Assembly (NCBI GenBank): GCA_963676795.2
Contig: CAXXTB010000002.1
Location: 1,824,001-1,888,000 of the forward strand
Direction of reading: 5' to 3'
DNA from: Geopsychrobacteraceae bacterium
GTDB lineage: Bacteria > Desulfobacterota > Desulfuromonadia > Desulfuromonadales > Geopsychrobacteraceae
Length of the DNA stretch: 64,000 nt
Position numbers and translations under genes: made by a program. Each line of letters starts with the position of its first letter. The first letter of the stretch is position 1. Positions 1 to 9,266 of this stretch are shown piece after piece. Under the pieces are notes generated by a model, which was given only the letters and a program-made list of their open reading frames with translations, had not been told where the DNA came from and ran no database searches.

Positions 1-287
1 GGCGGCATTCTCAGCAGCAAGCGTCCCACTTCGTACTCAAGCCCGTAGATAAACGGAGCCGTCAGCGGGTTGGTCACCCAAACCCCGATGAAGGTTGCCA
101 GCTTGTTCTGGCGCAGCAGCATCGCCAAGACAATCGCCAGTATCAACTGAATGCCTAAGGTCGGCGAAAAACCGATGAAGACACCCAGCGCCAGTCCGCG
201 TGCCACGGCATCCGTGTGCGACTGAATGCGCGCCAGACGGATGACGTTCAACTTGAACTGCCGGAACAGCCCCCAACGCCGCCACAT
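1..287 (-). CDS. DUF2062 family membrane protein (partial, runs off window start)
   Basis: Own translation from ATG 287: MWRRWGLFRQFKLNVIRLARIQSHTDAVARGLALGVFIGFSPTLGIQ...VWVTNPLTAPFIYGLEY. The ARGxAxGxFxGxxP and NPxT motifs are typical of DUF2062. Not in the ORF track because there is no stop inside the window. Confidence 0.8.
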   Translation of the reverse strand, partial: MWRRWGLFRQFKLNVIRLARIQSHTDAVARGLALGVFIGFSPTLGIQLILAIVLAMLLRQNKLATFIGVWVTNPLTAPFIYGLEYEVGRLLLRMP

Positions 288-290
288 GAT

Positions 291-1304
291 TCAGGGCACC
301 AACTGTTCAAGCGGCCAGCTTGAAACGGCATTGAGGTCAAGTGCCTCACGCCGCCCGGCGTTCAGATAATAATCGCCCGCAACAGCGAGCATCGCGGAGT
401 TGTCAGCACAGAGCTTCGGCGAAGGGAAATGGACACTACGGCCTGTCCCCGCGGTCAGCTCGGCGAAAGCCTTGCGCAAGCCGGAATTACAGGCGACCCC
501 GCCGGCGACGACAATGCGCCCCAGCTTGTGCTCATCAGCTGCTCGCAAGACCTTCTGGGTGATAACATCAACCACAGCCGCCTGAAAAGCGCAGGCGATC
601 TGAGCGACCTGCGTTTCATCCGGGGCGGACTTGAGACGCTGCAGATGGTTGAGCACCGCGGTCTTGACACCGGAAAAACTGAAATCGTAGGTATCCTTCT
701 TCAGCAATGGACGGGGGAATTTGAGACCGCCGTCATCCCCCTGCTGCGCCAGCTTATCGATGAGCGGGCCGCCCGGGTAGCCGAGGCCAAGCATCTTGGC
801 CACCTTGTCGAAAGCTTCTCCGGCGGCATCATCGACGGTTCGCCCGAGCAACTGGTAACGACCGATGCCGTCGACCCGGTAGATGTGCGTATGGCCGCCG
901 GAAACAGCCAGCGCCAGAAAGGGGTATTCAACCCGCTGTTCGAGCTGAATTGCCAGGATATGCCCTTCGATATGATGGGCACCGACCAGCGGGATACCCA
1001 GCGCATAGGCATAGGCCTTGGCGAAGGACAGACCGACCAGCAGTGCACCGATCAGCCCCGGGCCTCGGGTCACGACGACACCTTCGAGATCCTCCTTGGC
1101 AACCCCGGCCTCGGCAAGGGCCTGAGCCACCAGTGGACCGATCACCTCAAGATGACGCCGCGACGCCAGCTCGGGGACGACCCCACCATAGACTGCGTGC
1201 AGCTCGACCTGCGAAGCGATCAGGTTGGACAAGACCTCACGGCCGTCGCGCACGACAGCCGCGGAGGTTTCATCACAGGAACTTTCTATTGCCAGCACCA
1301 GCAT
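291..1304 (-). CDS. tsaD: tRNA N6-adenosine threonylcarbamoyltransferase TsaD
   Basis: IESSCDET, GGVVPELASRRH, HHIEGH, VSGGHT, DDAAGEAFDK motifs. Confidence 0.97.
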   Translation of the reverse strand: MLVLAIESSCDETSAAVVRDGREVLSNLIASQVELHAVYGGVVPELASRRHLEVIGPLVAQALAEAGVAKEDLEGVVVTRGPGLIGALLVGLSFAKAYAYALGIPLVGAHHIEGHILAIQLEQRVEYPFLALAVSGGHTHIYRVDGIGRYQLLGRTVDDAAGEAFDKVAKMLGLGYPGGPLIDKLAQQGDDGGLKFPRPLLKKDTYDFSFSGVKTAVLNHLQRLKSAPDETQVAQIACAFQAAVVDVITQKVLRAADEHKLGRIVVAGGVACNSGLRKAFAELTAGTGRSVHFPSPKLCADNSAMLAVAGDYYLNAGRREALDLNAVSSWPLEQLVP

Positions 1305-1331
1305 AAACAGCTATCCAGTTCGTTATCACAG

Positions 1332-2651
1332 TTACAGGAGGTTTGCCGCCAGCTCCGCCAGAGGAGAACGTTCTCCCCTGCTGAGCGTGCTATGCCCCGC
1401 GATCTCCTGCCCCTTGAGTCGCTCGACGGAATAGGACAGACCGTTACTTGCCGAATCAACATAGGGGTTGTCGATCTGCTGCGGGTCACCGGTCAGGACA
1501 ATCTTGGTCCCCTCGCCGGCCCGGGTAATGATCGTTTTGATCTCATGGGGGGTCAGGTTCTGCGCCTCGTCGACAATCATGTACTGCTTCGGGATGGAGC
1601 GCCCGCGGATATAGGTCAAAGGCTCGATCTCCATCAGGCCCATATCGATCAGCTCGCGATAACCACGCTTGCGCTTGCCCACTTCGTCATAGCTTGACAG
1701 CAGCAGCTCGACGTTGTCAAAAATCGGCTGCATCCAAGGCGCCAGTTTTTCTTCGACATCACCGGGCAGGAAGCCGAGATCACGCCCCATCGGGAAGACC
1801 GGCCTGGAGACCAGCAAACGGTGATAGGCGTTCTCATCAGCCGTCTTGAGCAGACCGGCGGCGATGGCCAGCAGGGTTTTACCGGTTCCGGCCTTGCCGA
1901 CCAGGGAAACCAGTTGAATCTCGTCATTGAGCAGCAGATCGAGAGCGAAGTGCTGTTCACGGTTACGCGGGATGATACCCCAGACCCCTTCTTTGGGAAT
2001 CTTGATCAGGGGAACAAGCTGCCTGCGCACGGCATCGTAGCGGCCGAGTGCGGTTTGAGACGGATTCGCTTCGTTGACCAGGGTCACCCCCTGATTGGCG
2101 AACAGCTCCACATCTGTATCGAGATAGCCTTGAGAATAGAAAAGATCGACATGTTCCTTGTCAACCAGCAGTTCAGTCGAGCCGGTGTAGAGATCTTCAA
2201 GCGACACCTTGTCGTTCTGGTAATCTTCAGCACGCATGCCGATGGTATCGGCCTTGATGCGCAGGTTGATATCCTTGGTGACAAAGATCACCCGTTCATC
2301 GGGCATATCATCCTGCAGCCCCTTGGCAACAGCCAGGATACAGTTGTCACCACGCTCGGCGCGTAATTCCGGCGGCAGTTTCTGGAGCAAAGCGGTGTTA
2401 TAGATAGCCACCTTGAGGAGTCCGCCATTCTCCAGGGGGACACCTTCAACCAGCTTCGCCGTCAGGCGGAACTCATCGATCATCCGGGAAATCTGCCGGG
2501 CATTGCGTCCCGTCTCGCTCTGCTCCTTTTTAAACCGGTCGATCTCTTCGATGACAGTCAGCGGAACGATGACCGTATTATCGGAAAACTTCAGAAATGC
2601 CTGCGGATCGTGCAACAGCACGTTGGTATCAAGGACGTAAGTCTTCTTCAT
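1332..2651 (-). CDS. PhoH family protein with N-terminal PIN domain
   Basis: N-terminal VLDTNVLLHDP (PIN), Walker A GKAGTGKT, LGFLPG, IRGRS, DEAQN. Confidence 0.93.
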   Translation of the reverse strand: MKKTYVLDTNVLLHDPQAFLKFSDNTVIVPLTVIEEIDRFKKEQSETGRNARQISRMIDEFRLTAKLVEGVPLENGGLLKVAIYNTALLQKLPPELRAERGDNCILAVAKGLQDDMPDERVIFVTKDINLRIKADTIGMRAEDYQNDKVSLEDLYTGSTELLVDKEHVDLFYSQGYLDTDVELFANQGVTLVNEANPSQTALGRYDAVRRQLVPLIKIPKEGVWGIIPRNREQHFALDLLLNDEIQLVSLVGKAGTGKTLLAIAAGLLKTADENAYHRLLVSRPVFPMGRDLGFLPGDVEEKLAPWMQPIFDNVELLLSSYDEVGKRKRGYRELIDMGLMEIEPLTYIRGRSIPKQYMIVDEAQNLTPHEIKTIITRAGEGTKIVLTGDPQQIDNPYVDSASNGLSYSVERLKGQEIAGHSTLSRGERSPLAELAANLL

Positions 2652-2696
2652 ATCTTCCCAATTTCCTCCATTGCTTCAGCCCGCGATTGCAGGCAA

Positions 2697-3839
2697 TTAC
2701 AAAATGGCGCGCAGCGCCGCAAAAAAACGGTCCAGTTCTGCTGGTGTGGTAAAGAATCCGGGACTGATCCGCACTGTTCCTCGCGGAAAAGTTCCGATCG
2801 TCCGGTGCGCATCGGCTGCACAATGCAGGCCGATCCGGACCGCGATTCTCTGCTGGTTGAGCAGAAAGCCGATCTCCGCTGGGTCACGGTCCGTCAGGTT
2901 GAAAGAGATGACTGCACCACGCTCAGACGGGGCAACAGGACCGTAAAGTTCAATACCGGTGATCCCCGCCAGGCCACTATACAATCGTTCAATGTATTCC
3001 AGCTCTCTGGCTCTGACCGTCGCCAGGCCGGTCTCAAGCAGAAAATCAAGAGCAGCGTTCAGACCGGCCAGGGCCGGCAGGTTGTGGGTACCACTCTCGT
3101 AACGCTCCGGCCTGTGCTGCGGCTGACGATCGGAATCGGAATTGTTACCGGTCCCACCAAAAATAAGCGGACGCGGATCGATCCCCTCTGCGCAGTAGAG
3201 AAACCCGGTCCCCTGGGGGCCGAGCAGCCCCTTATGCCCCGGAGCCGCATAGAGGTCGGCCTGAAGTTCGGCGATGCTGATCGGCATTGTGCCGGCCACC
3301 TGGGAACCGTCTACCATAAACAGTATCCCCTGCTGACGGCACCAGGCGCCAAGTCCATCGAGATGCTGAATCGCGCCACTGACATTTGAGCATTGGGTCA
3401 CTATCAGTAATCGGGTCGGCTTGTCAAGACATGCCTGCTTCAACTGCTCACTGGCGATCTGGCTGGTGTATGGATCGGCTGCGACCTTGACAACCTCGAC
3501 AGCGCGGTCCTGAAGTTCACGCAGCGGCCTGATCACGGCATTGTGTTCGAGCATCGAGGTCACAACCCGGTCTCCCGGCTGGAGCAAACCGAAGAGGGCC
3601 AGGTTTATCGCATGTGTCGCGTTTGAGGTGATAATGAAATTTTCCGAATCAGCGACGTCAAACAGTTCGGCCAGTTTTTCGCGCGTCTCGAAGATGAGCC
3701 TGTCGGCATTCATCGTCTGGCTGTGGCTGCCCCGGCCGATGCTGCCGCCGCTACGCAGATAACGGTCAACGGCCAGGTAAACGGCTTCCGGTTTGGGGTG
3801 GGACGTTGCTGCATTATCGAGGTAAAGGGTTTCGCTCAT
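2697..3839 (-). CDS. Cysteine desulfurase family protein (aminotransferase class V)
   Basis: YLDNAATS, EHNAV, PLP lysine in APGHKGLLGPQG, catalytic RxGLHCA. Start moved to MSETLY (3839). Confidence 0.9.
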   Translation of the reverse strand: MSETLYLDNAATSHPKPEAVYLAVDRYLRSGGSIGRGSHSQTMNADRLIFETREKLAELFDVADSENFIITSNATHAINLALFGLLQPGDRVVTSMLEHNAVIRPLRELQDRAVEVVKVAADPYTSQIASEQLKQACLDKPTRLLIVTQCSNVSGAIQHLDGLGAWCRQQGILFMVDGSQVAGTMPISIAELQADLYAAPGHKGLLGPQGTGFLYCAEGIDPRPLIFGGTGNNSDSDRQPQHRPERYESGTHNLPALAGLNAALDFLLETGLATVRARELEYIERLYSGLAGITGIELYGPVAPSERGAVISFNLTDRDPAEIGFLLNQQRIAVRIGLHCAADAHRTIGTFPRGTVRISPGFFTTPAELDRFFAALRAIL

Positions 3840-4025
3840 CAGTTCCACAATCGTTGATAATATTGATCCAGCAGAATACTCAATATTAACCAAGACGACA
3901 AGCCTTTGTCTTAGCCGGCACCGACGAGTTGCTCACTGCATCCTGCGAGCGGAAAAATTAGCGGCTCAATAGAATCCTCCTGAAAAGATTAATTTTCCAT
4001 GATCTCGTTCATCCTCTCTTGACAG

Positions 4026-4072
4026 ACACTACATATAGTGGTCTATATTCATCCTTGGCAAAGATATTGTGC
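4026..4072 (+). promoter_or_regulatory. Tandem NrdR boxes upstream of nrdJ
   Basis: ACACTACATATAGTGG (4026-4041) and GGCAAAGATATTGTGC (4057-4072) resemble the consensus acaCwAtATaTwGtg, are 31 bp apart and lie upstream of an RNR gene. Confidence 0.75.
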
Positions 4073-4211
4073 CAACTGCCATTTATTATTATTTTTCACA
4101 TAGTTGAAATTTTATTCGGTTTTCTATCGGGGAGCACGTGCAGCGCATTGCCTTTTTATGCCCGCCGTAATAACTGCACGATGGCACACAACAAAAAATA
4201 AGGGTGATAAA

Positions 4212-7097
4212 ATGGATTCAAAGACGAACTTGGAGCAACAAGGAGTAGCCATGCACGAACGCGAGTGGCAAAGCGTAAGTCTCGATGTTTTGCGTGAAAA
4301 GTACGCAAAAGGCGATGAACAGAATCTCGCTGGCGAAGCGATGGTCCTGTCGATCCGGCAACGTGTCGCTGCGGCACTGGCCAAACAGGAAAGCGATCCT
4401 GCCAAGTTCGAAAGTCTCTTCCTGAAAACCCTGGAGAGCGGCTTTATCCCCGGCGGCCGGATCAACAGCGCAGCCGGTGCCAACATCAAGAACGTCACCC
4501 TGATCAACTGCTTCGTCCAGCCGGTCGGCGACAGCATCTCCAGCACTGTTGACGGCAAGGTCGGCATCTATCACGCCCTGCTCGAGGCCGCAGAGACCAT
4601 GCGTCGCGGTGGCGGCGTCGGCTATGACTTCAGCTCGATCAGACCAGCCGGCGCCAAGGTCATCGGTACGGCAAGTTCGGCATCAGGGCCGGTCTCCTAT
4701 ATGCACGTCTTCGATCAATCCTGCTCGACAGTCGAATCCGCCGGTTCCAGGCGCGGTGCCCAGATGGGTGTTCTGCGCTGTGATCACCCGGATATTGTCC
4801 AGTTCATTCAGGCCAAATCCCAATCGGGAAAACTCAACAACTTCAACATTTCCGTCGGCATCACCGATGAGTTCATGAATGCGGTCGTCAACGAGACCCC
4901 GTTCGAACTGGTCCACAAGTCCGAACCGAGCAATTCGGTCAAGGCGGCTGGTGCCTATCAGCGCGAAGACGGGATGTGGGTCTACAATAGAGTCAATCCC
5001 AAAGAGATCTGGGACAAGATCATGGAAAGCACCTACAACGCTGCAGAGCCGGGTGTTTTGTTCCTCGACCGGATCAACCAGGAAAACAATCTTCACTACT
5101 GTGAAAAAATCGAGGCGACCAATCCGTGCGGCGAGATCCCGATTCCGGATTACGGCTGCTGCTGCCTCGGCAGTATCAACCTGTGCAACTTTATCGAAGC
5201 GCCCTTCTCCGCTGATGCCGCATTCAATTTCGAGTCTTTCGCCGAAACGGTCGCAACCGCCGTGCGCATGCTCGACAACGTCCTCGACACAACGGCCTGG
5301 CCACTGGAGCAACAGGCCAAGGAAGCCAGCGACAAGCGGCGCGTCGGCCTCGGCTTCACCGGCCTGGGTGATGCCCTGATCATGCTCGACCTGAAATACG
5401 ACAGTCAGCAGGGCCGTGATTTTGCCGCTGACCTGACCCGCCGCATGCGCGACGCCGCATACCTGTCTTCAGTCGAACTGGCCAAGGAAAAAGGGCCGTT
5501 CCCCAAACTGGACAGAGAGGCCTTCCTGAACAGCGGTATGGCCAAGCGCCTGCCCAAAGAGATTCGTGACGCGATCAAAAAACACGGTATCCGCAACAGC
5601 CACCTGCTCAGTATCGCACCGACCGGGACCATCTCCCTGGCCTTCGGTGACAACTGTTCCAACGGTCTGGAGCCGGCCTTCTCCTGGTTCTACACCAGAA
5701 AGAAGAACGAGGCCGACGGTACCCAGAAAGAGTACCTGGTCGAGGATCACGCCTATCGCGTCTATCGTGAACAGGGTGGTGACACCAAGGAGCTGCCGGA
5801 AGCCTTCGTCAGCGCCCTGGAAATCAGCGCCAACGACCATATGTTGATGCAGGCAGCTATTCAGCCCTACATCTGCGCCTCGATTTCTAAAACGGTCAAC
5901 GTCCCGGCTGAGTACCCCTTTACCCAGTTCAAGGATCTCTATGTCAACGCCTGGAAAAATGGCCTGAAGGGGATCACCACCTACCGTCCGAACGAGATTC
6001 TCGGCAGTGTCCTTTCGCTGGCCGATAACGAAACTGGCAAGATCAACGACCTGGATCAATCCGATCCGGACAGAAAGATGGTGATCACCGATACCCCGAA
6101 CATCGCCCTCGCCTCCTTGCGCTGGGTGCATCGCCCGTTCGTCGCAGGCGGCACGCCATCGGTGACCTATCTCATCGACAACGAGGATCATCGCTTTGCC
6201 GTCTTCATCAGCCACATGGAAAACGGCAAGCCGCATCCGTTCGAAGTCTGGGTCAACGGCCAGGACGTCCCACATGGCCTGCAGGCCCTGGCCAAGAACA
6301 TCTCGATGGATATGCGCAGCGAAGATCGCGAGTGGCTGAAGATCAAGCTCGACTCCCTGTCGAAAACCACCACCGTCCCCTTCGAGATGACCATGCCGAA
6401 CGGCGTCAAGAAGATCGTACCGGGCAGCGTCAGCGCCTTTGCCCAGCTGATCGCCCATCGCTGTGAAGAACTGGGTATTTTCGCTGAGAGCCAGCCAACC
6501 CCTCTGGTCGACGCAATGTTCAGCCGCAAGGAACCAAAATCGGGAACCGACGGAACCCTGTCCTGGACCGTCGACATCCGCAACCCGTCGACCGGTGACG
6601 ACTTCGCCATGTTCGTCAAGGAATGTATCCTGCCGGATGGCACCCACAGACCTTACAGTGTCTGGTTCTCGGGTGAATACCCGATCGATTTCGACGGAGT
6701 CACCAAGAGCCTGAGCCTTGACATGCGCGTGCTTGACCCGGCCTGGATCAGCAAGAAACTGCGCGGCCTGAAGGATCTGCCGAAGTCACAGGGCGACTTC
6801 TTTGCCCGCGTTCCCGGTTCGGAAAAACAGGCCAACCAGCCGAGCACCATCGCCTATGTTGCGCGCCTGCTGATCCACCGCTACAACATGCTCGGTCTGC
6901 TTGACGAAAATGGCTATCCGGTCAACGAGCTCGGCATGCTCAAGCTGCAGCAGGAAGAACCGGTGGCCAAGGATGAGAAGGTTGTCAACATGCGCGTTGC
7001 CGGAAAAATCTGCAAGGAATGCAAAACTATGTCGGTGATACGCCGTGACGGTTGCGATTTCTGTACCGCATGTGGTTATATAGGCGCCTGCGGCTGA
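4212..7097 (+). CDS. nrdJ: Adenosylcobalamin-dependent (class II) ribonucleotide reductase
   Basis: [55 protein letters not shown]-terminal Cys zinc ribbon; no R2 gene nearby. Start is 4212, or 4251 which has an AGGAG RBS. Confidence 0.93.
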   Translation: MDSKTNLEQQGVAMHEREWQSVSLDVLREKYAKGDEQNLAGEAMVLSIRQRVAAALAKQESDPAKFESLFLKTLESGFIPGGRINSAAGANIKNVTLINCFVQPVGDSISSTVDGKVGIYHALLEAAETMRRGGGVGYDFSSIRPAGAKVIGTASSASGPVSYMHVFDQSCSTVESAGSRRGAQMGVLRCDHPDIVQFIQAKSQSGKLNNFNISVGITDEFMNAVVNETPFELVHKSEPSNSVKAAGAYQREDGMWVYNRVNPKEIWDKIMESTYNAAEPGVLFLDRINQENNLHYCEKIEATNPCGEIPIPDYGCCCLGSINLCNFIEAPFSADAAFNFESFAETVATAVRMLDNVLDTTAWPLEQQAKEASDKRRVGLGFTGLGDALIMLDLKYDSQQGRDFAADLTRRMRDAAYLSSVELAKEKGPFPKLDREAFLNSGMAKRLPKEIRDAIKKHGIRNSHLLSIAPTGTISLAFGDNCSNGLEPAFSWFYTRKKNEADGTQKEYLVEDHAYRVYREQGGDTKELPEAFVSALEISANDHMLMQAAIQPYICASISKTVNVPAEYPFTQFKDLYVNAWKNGLKGITTYRPNEILGSVLSLADNETGKINDLDQSDPDRKMVITDTPNIALASLRWVHRPFVAGGTPSVTYLIDNEDHRFAVFISHMENGKPHPFEVWVNGQDVPHGLQALAKNISMDMRSEDREWLKIKLDSLSKTTTVPFEMTMPNGVKKIVPGSVSAFAQLIAHRCEELGIFAESQPTPLVDAMFSRKEPKSGTDGTLSWTVDIRNPSTGDDFAMFVKECILPDGTHRPYSVWFSGEYPIDFDGVTKSLSLDMRVLDPAWISKKLRGLKDLPKSQGDFFARVPGSEKQANQPSTIAYVARLLIHRYNMLGLLDENGYPVNELGMLKLQQEEPVAKDEKVVNMRVAGKICKECKTMSVIRRDGCDFCTACGYIGACG

Positions 7098-7123
7098 TCG
7101 CCGCAGAGACTGTTCAATCAATC

Positions 7124-7150
7124 AAGGGCAGCTTAGGCTGCCCTTTTTTT
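7124..7150 (+). terminator. Rho-independent terminator after nrdJ
   Basis: AAGGGCAGC-TTAG-GCTGCCCTT followed by a T-run. Confidence 0.85.
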
Positions 7151-7208
7151 GTCGCCTGATACAGTCATAGTTATTCATATCCAAACCAGCAGCAGAAAAG
7201 AGGAATCA

Positions 7209-7550
7209 ATGAGCGAATATCCCGCCTGCCCGCAATGTCAGTCCGTCTATACCTATGAAGACCGTGGTCTTTATATCTGTCCGGAATGTGCCTTTGAGTG
7301 GACCGCCAACGACGCGACCGGCGTTGAAGAGGATAGTCTGGTCGTCAAGGATGCTCACGGAACCCAACTGGCCGATGGGGATGATGTCACCGTCATCAAG
7401 GACCTCAAGGTCAAGGGAGCGTCCACACCTCTCAAGGTTGGCACCAAGGTCCGCAACATCCGCCTCTGCGAGGGAGACCACAACATCGACTGCAAAATCG
7501 ATGGTTTCGGCCCGATGAAACTCAAGTCGGAATTCGTCAAAAAAGCCTGA
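7209..7550 (+). CDS. Zinc ribbon protein, YjdM/PhnA family
   Basis: CPQC..YTYED....[39 protein letters not shown] before ATG 7209. Confidence 0.93.
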   Translation: MSEYPACPQCQSVYTYEDRGLYICPECAFEWTANDATGVEEDSLVVKDAHGTQLADGDDVTVIKDLKVKGASTPLKVGTKVRNIRLCEGDHNIDCKIDGFGPMKLKSEFVKKA

Positions 7551-7552
7551 CC

Positions 7553-7837
7553 ATGCCCACTGATGACGAACAAATAGCCTTTCCCGAAAACTGGGAAGCG
7601 CTGTGCAAACAATGCGGGGAATGTTGCTTTGAAAAACGCATCGATCGCAAAGGGCGGATTCTGACCACCTCGATCCCCTGCCGTTTTCTGGATATCCATA
7701 CCCGCCGCTGCAGGGTCTACCCTGATCGCTTTGCACACGAAGAAGACTGCATCAAACTGACGCCGGAGAACGTTCCGGATTTTGACTGGCTTCCTGAAGA
7801 CTGCGCCTATCGCCAGTTTCTGAAAAAGCCGGAATGA
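7553..7837 (+). CDS. YcgN/YkgJ-like CxxCxxCC cysteine cluster protein
   Basis: WEALCKQCGECC...PCRFLD....C.VY..R.....C...WLPEDCAY. Confidence 0.85.
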   Translation: MPTDDEQIAFPENWEALCKQCGECCFEKRIDRKGRILTTSIPCRFLDIHTRRCRVYPDRFAHEEDCIKLTPENVPDFDWLPEDCAYRQFLKKPE

Positions 7838-7847
7838 TGCCGTCCCC

Positions 7848-7882
7848 AAAAGCCCCTTCGCTCCATGAGCGAAGGGGCTTTT
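7848..7882. terminator. Bidirectional-type intrinsic terminator
   Basis: 16-bp perfect stem AAAAGCCCCTTCGCTC-CAT-GAGCGAAGGGGCTTTT. Confidence 0.85.
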
Positions 7883-8068
7883 CATTGCCAATCCCTCCAG
7901 TTTCACCCGGGCCGGTCCTGCAACGCCGCAGACAACGTCGCAGTGCGACGTTGCACAGGCGCTCAGCGAGGGGCATCTATAACTAAAAATCTAAATAAAT
8001 ACTAAAAGCAACCCATAACCTGCTGATGTTAAGCACTATTTCAAAACATGATAAATAATCACTGGACC

Positions 8069-8084
8069 TGGCACAAGACTTGAT
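8069..8084 (+). promoter_or_regulatory. Putative sigma54 (-24/-12) promoter
   Basis: TGGCAC-AAGAC-TTGAT versus consensus TGGCAC-N5-TTGCW, with one mismatch at -12. Preceded by an AT-rich tract with an IHF-like TAACCTGCTGATG (8016-8028) and a palindrome at 7933-7953. Confidence 0.55.
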
Positions 8085-8094
8085 ACAAAGAAAG

Positions 8095-8232
8095 ACAAAC
8101 AGACAAGCCAACGAAGTTCATCAACAGCATGAAGTTCGTTACTCAACCCGGAAGGATGACATCAGCATCCTTCACCCATCTCCCAAACACCTCTCTTTCA
8201 TTTGGGCCTTGAGCAATCGGGGCCATTTTTTT
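8095..8232 (+). ncRNA. Candidate small regulatory RNA (about 140 nt)
   Basis: Hairpins at 8110-8140 and 8151-8173, C/U-rich segment 8175-8200, terminator GGCCTTGA-GCAA-TCGGGGCC plus A and T7 (8205-8232). Lies downstream of the sigma54-like promoter. No credible ORF. The 5' end is estimated. Confidence 0.5.
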
Positions 8233-8327
8233 AACCTGTTGACTTCATTAGCAATTGAATAACAACCTGCAATACTTTTAACCTTTAAGCTCCAAACACA
8301 AATCAAATTCATAAGCGGTCCAGTTTC

Positions 8328-8546
8328 ATGGACAAGCTGTTCGGCTTTGCCGATAACATCGGTGCAAGAGATGTCGATTGTCGCCTGTCGGAAGTCAGGG
8401 CGCAACAGGTTGCCGATCAGCTCTCGGCCTACGGAATCATAGTCGGCACTGTTCAGGGTTTCTGCGATGACATGCCGGCTGCATCGAACCTGACCGCCTC
8501 AGAACGTGAGAAGAATCGCCGCGTCGAGGTCTGGCTGGAGAAATAG
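8328..8546 (+). pseudogene. Truncated OmpA-like peptidoglycan-binding domain (gene remnant)
   Basis: LFGFAD.IG.......LSEVRAQQVA..L...G.....GF....P.ASN.T...REKNRRVEVW. Lacks the N-terminal part of the domain and any signal peptide; in-frame TAA at 8286-8288; no RBS. Confidence 0.65.
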
Positions 8547-8563
8547 AGGCTGGAAATTTTGGT

Positions 8564-8592
8564 TTGACAGGAAACTCTTTCTTCCGGAAAAT
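8564..8592 (+). promoter_or_regulatory. Putative sigma70 promoter of the DUF2284 gene
   Basis: TTGACA-17 bp-GAAAAT. Confidence 0.45.
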
Positions 8593-8629
8593 GTGATTTT
8601 CGCATTGCTCGGGAGAAAGAGTCCTTTTC

Positions 8630-9262
8630 ATGAATGAACTGATTCTACAGACCCTGAATGCCGGAGCTGACGAGGCCTGCATCATTCCCGCCTCATGGAT
8701 TCCCGTCAATCCTGAGCTGGTCAAGCTCTGCAAAACTCCCGGCTGCCCCGATTTCGGCCGCGCACCCGGCTGCCCCCCACACGGTCTGGGCCCGGACGGA
8801 TTCATCAGAAAACGGGATTCTTATTCTCAAACACTGGTATTTCGGATCTGGGCGTCGGAACAGGACCTGCGCGGCAAAAAGAACCTGCTCATCATGCGCA
8901 ACCTGCAATCCTTGGCGGCCCATCTGGAGAAAACGGCGCTCCAGCTTGGCTACAGCCGCGCCGAAGCCTTTGCCGGAGGATCCTGCAAAAGAATCTTCTG
9001 TGGCCAGCTTCCTTCATGTGTCGTTATCACCAAGGGGCATGACTGCCTGTTTCCGGAGCTGGCACGCCCCTCGCTCTCTGCCGTCGGCGTCAACATGGCG
9101 GCCCTGATGCGGGCCTGCAACTGGGACGAGCCAATGCTCGATCCGCACCAGCAGCCCTCGCCCCAGCGCAACGCCTGGGTCGCGGCTATCGTGCTGTTGC
9201 AAGGGAGAACTTCATTGCCCCTCAAAAAACTTTCTACCTCGACCTGCGCTGACAGCTGGTGA
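8630..9262 (+). CDS. DUF2284 family predicted metal-binding protein
   Basis: C...GCP.FG....CPP, AFAGGSCK.IFC, C..PELARPSLSAVGVN. Confidence 0.8.
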   Translation: MNELILQTLNAGADEACIIPASWIPVNPELVKLCKTPGCPDFGRAPGCPPHGLGPDGFIRKRDSYSQTLVFRIWASEQDLRGKKNLLIMRNLQSLAAHLEKTALQLGYSRAEAFAGGSCKRIFCGQLPSCVVITKGHDCLFPELARPSLSAVGVNMAALMRACNWDEPMLDPHQQPSPQRNAWVAAIVLLQGRTSLPLKKLSTSTCADSW

Positions 9263-9266
9263 AAAG

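Noticed and set aside
37..285. 82-aa ORF given in the track
   Set aside because: Wrong frame; the frame starting at ATG 287 gives a recognisable DUF2062 protein
429..1697. Long antisense ORFs (422 aa here; also 5469-6647, 10922-12136, 23893-25263, 49409-50455 and others)
   Set aside because: Each lies opposite a well-recognised gene in the mirrored frame, a common high-GC artefact; no motifs or RBS
3900..4211. Cobalamin riboswitch upstream of nrdJ
   Set aside because: No B12-box or conserved GGGAA/GCCACTG-type elements recognisable by eye
8080..8262. 60-aa ORF over the candidate sRNA
   Set aside because: TTG start lies inside the -12 element, there is no RBS, and it runs through a terminator
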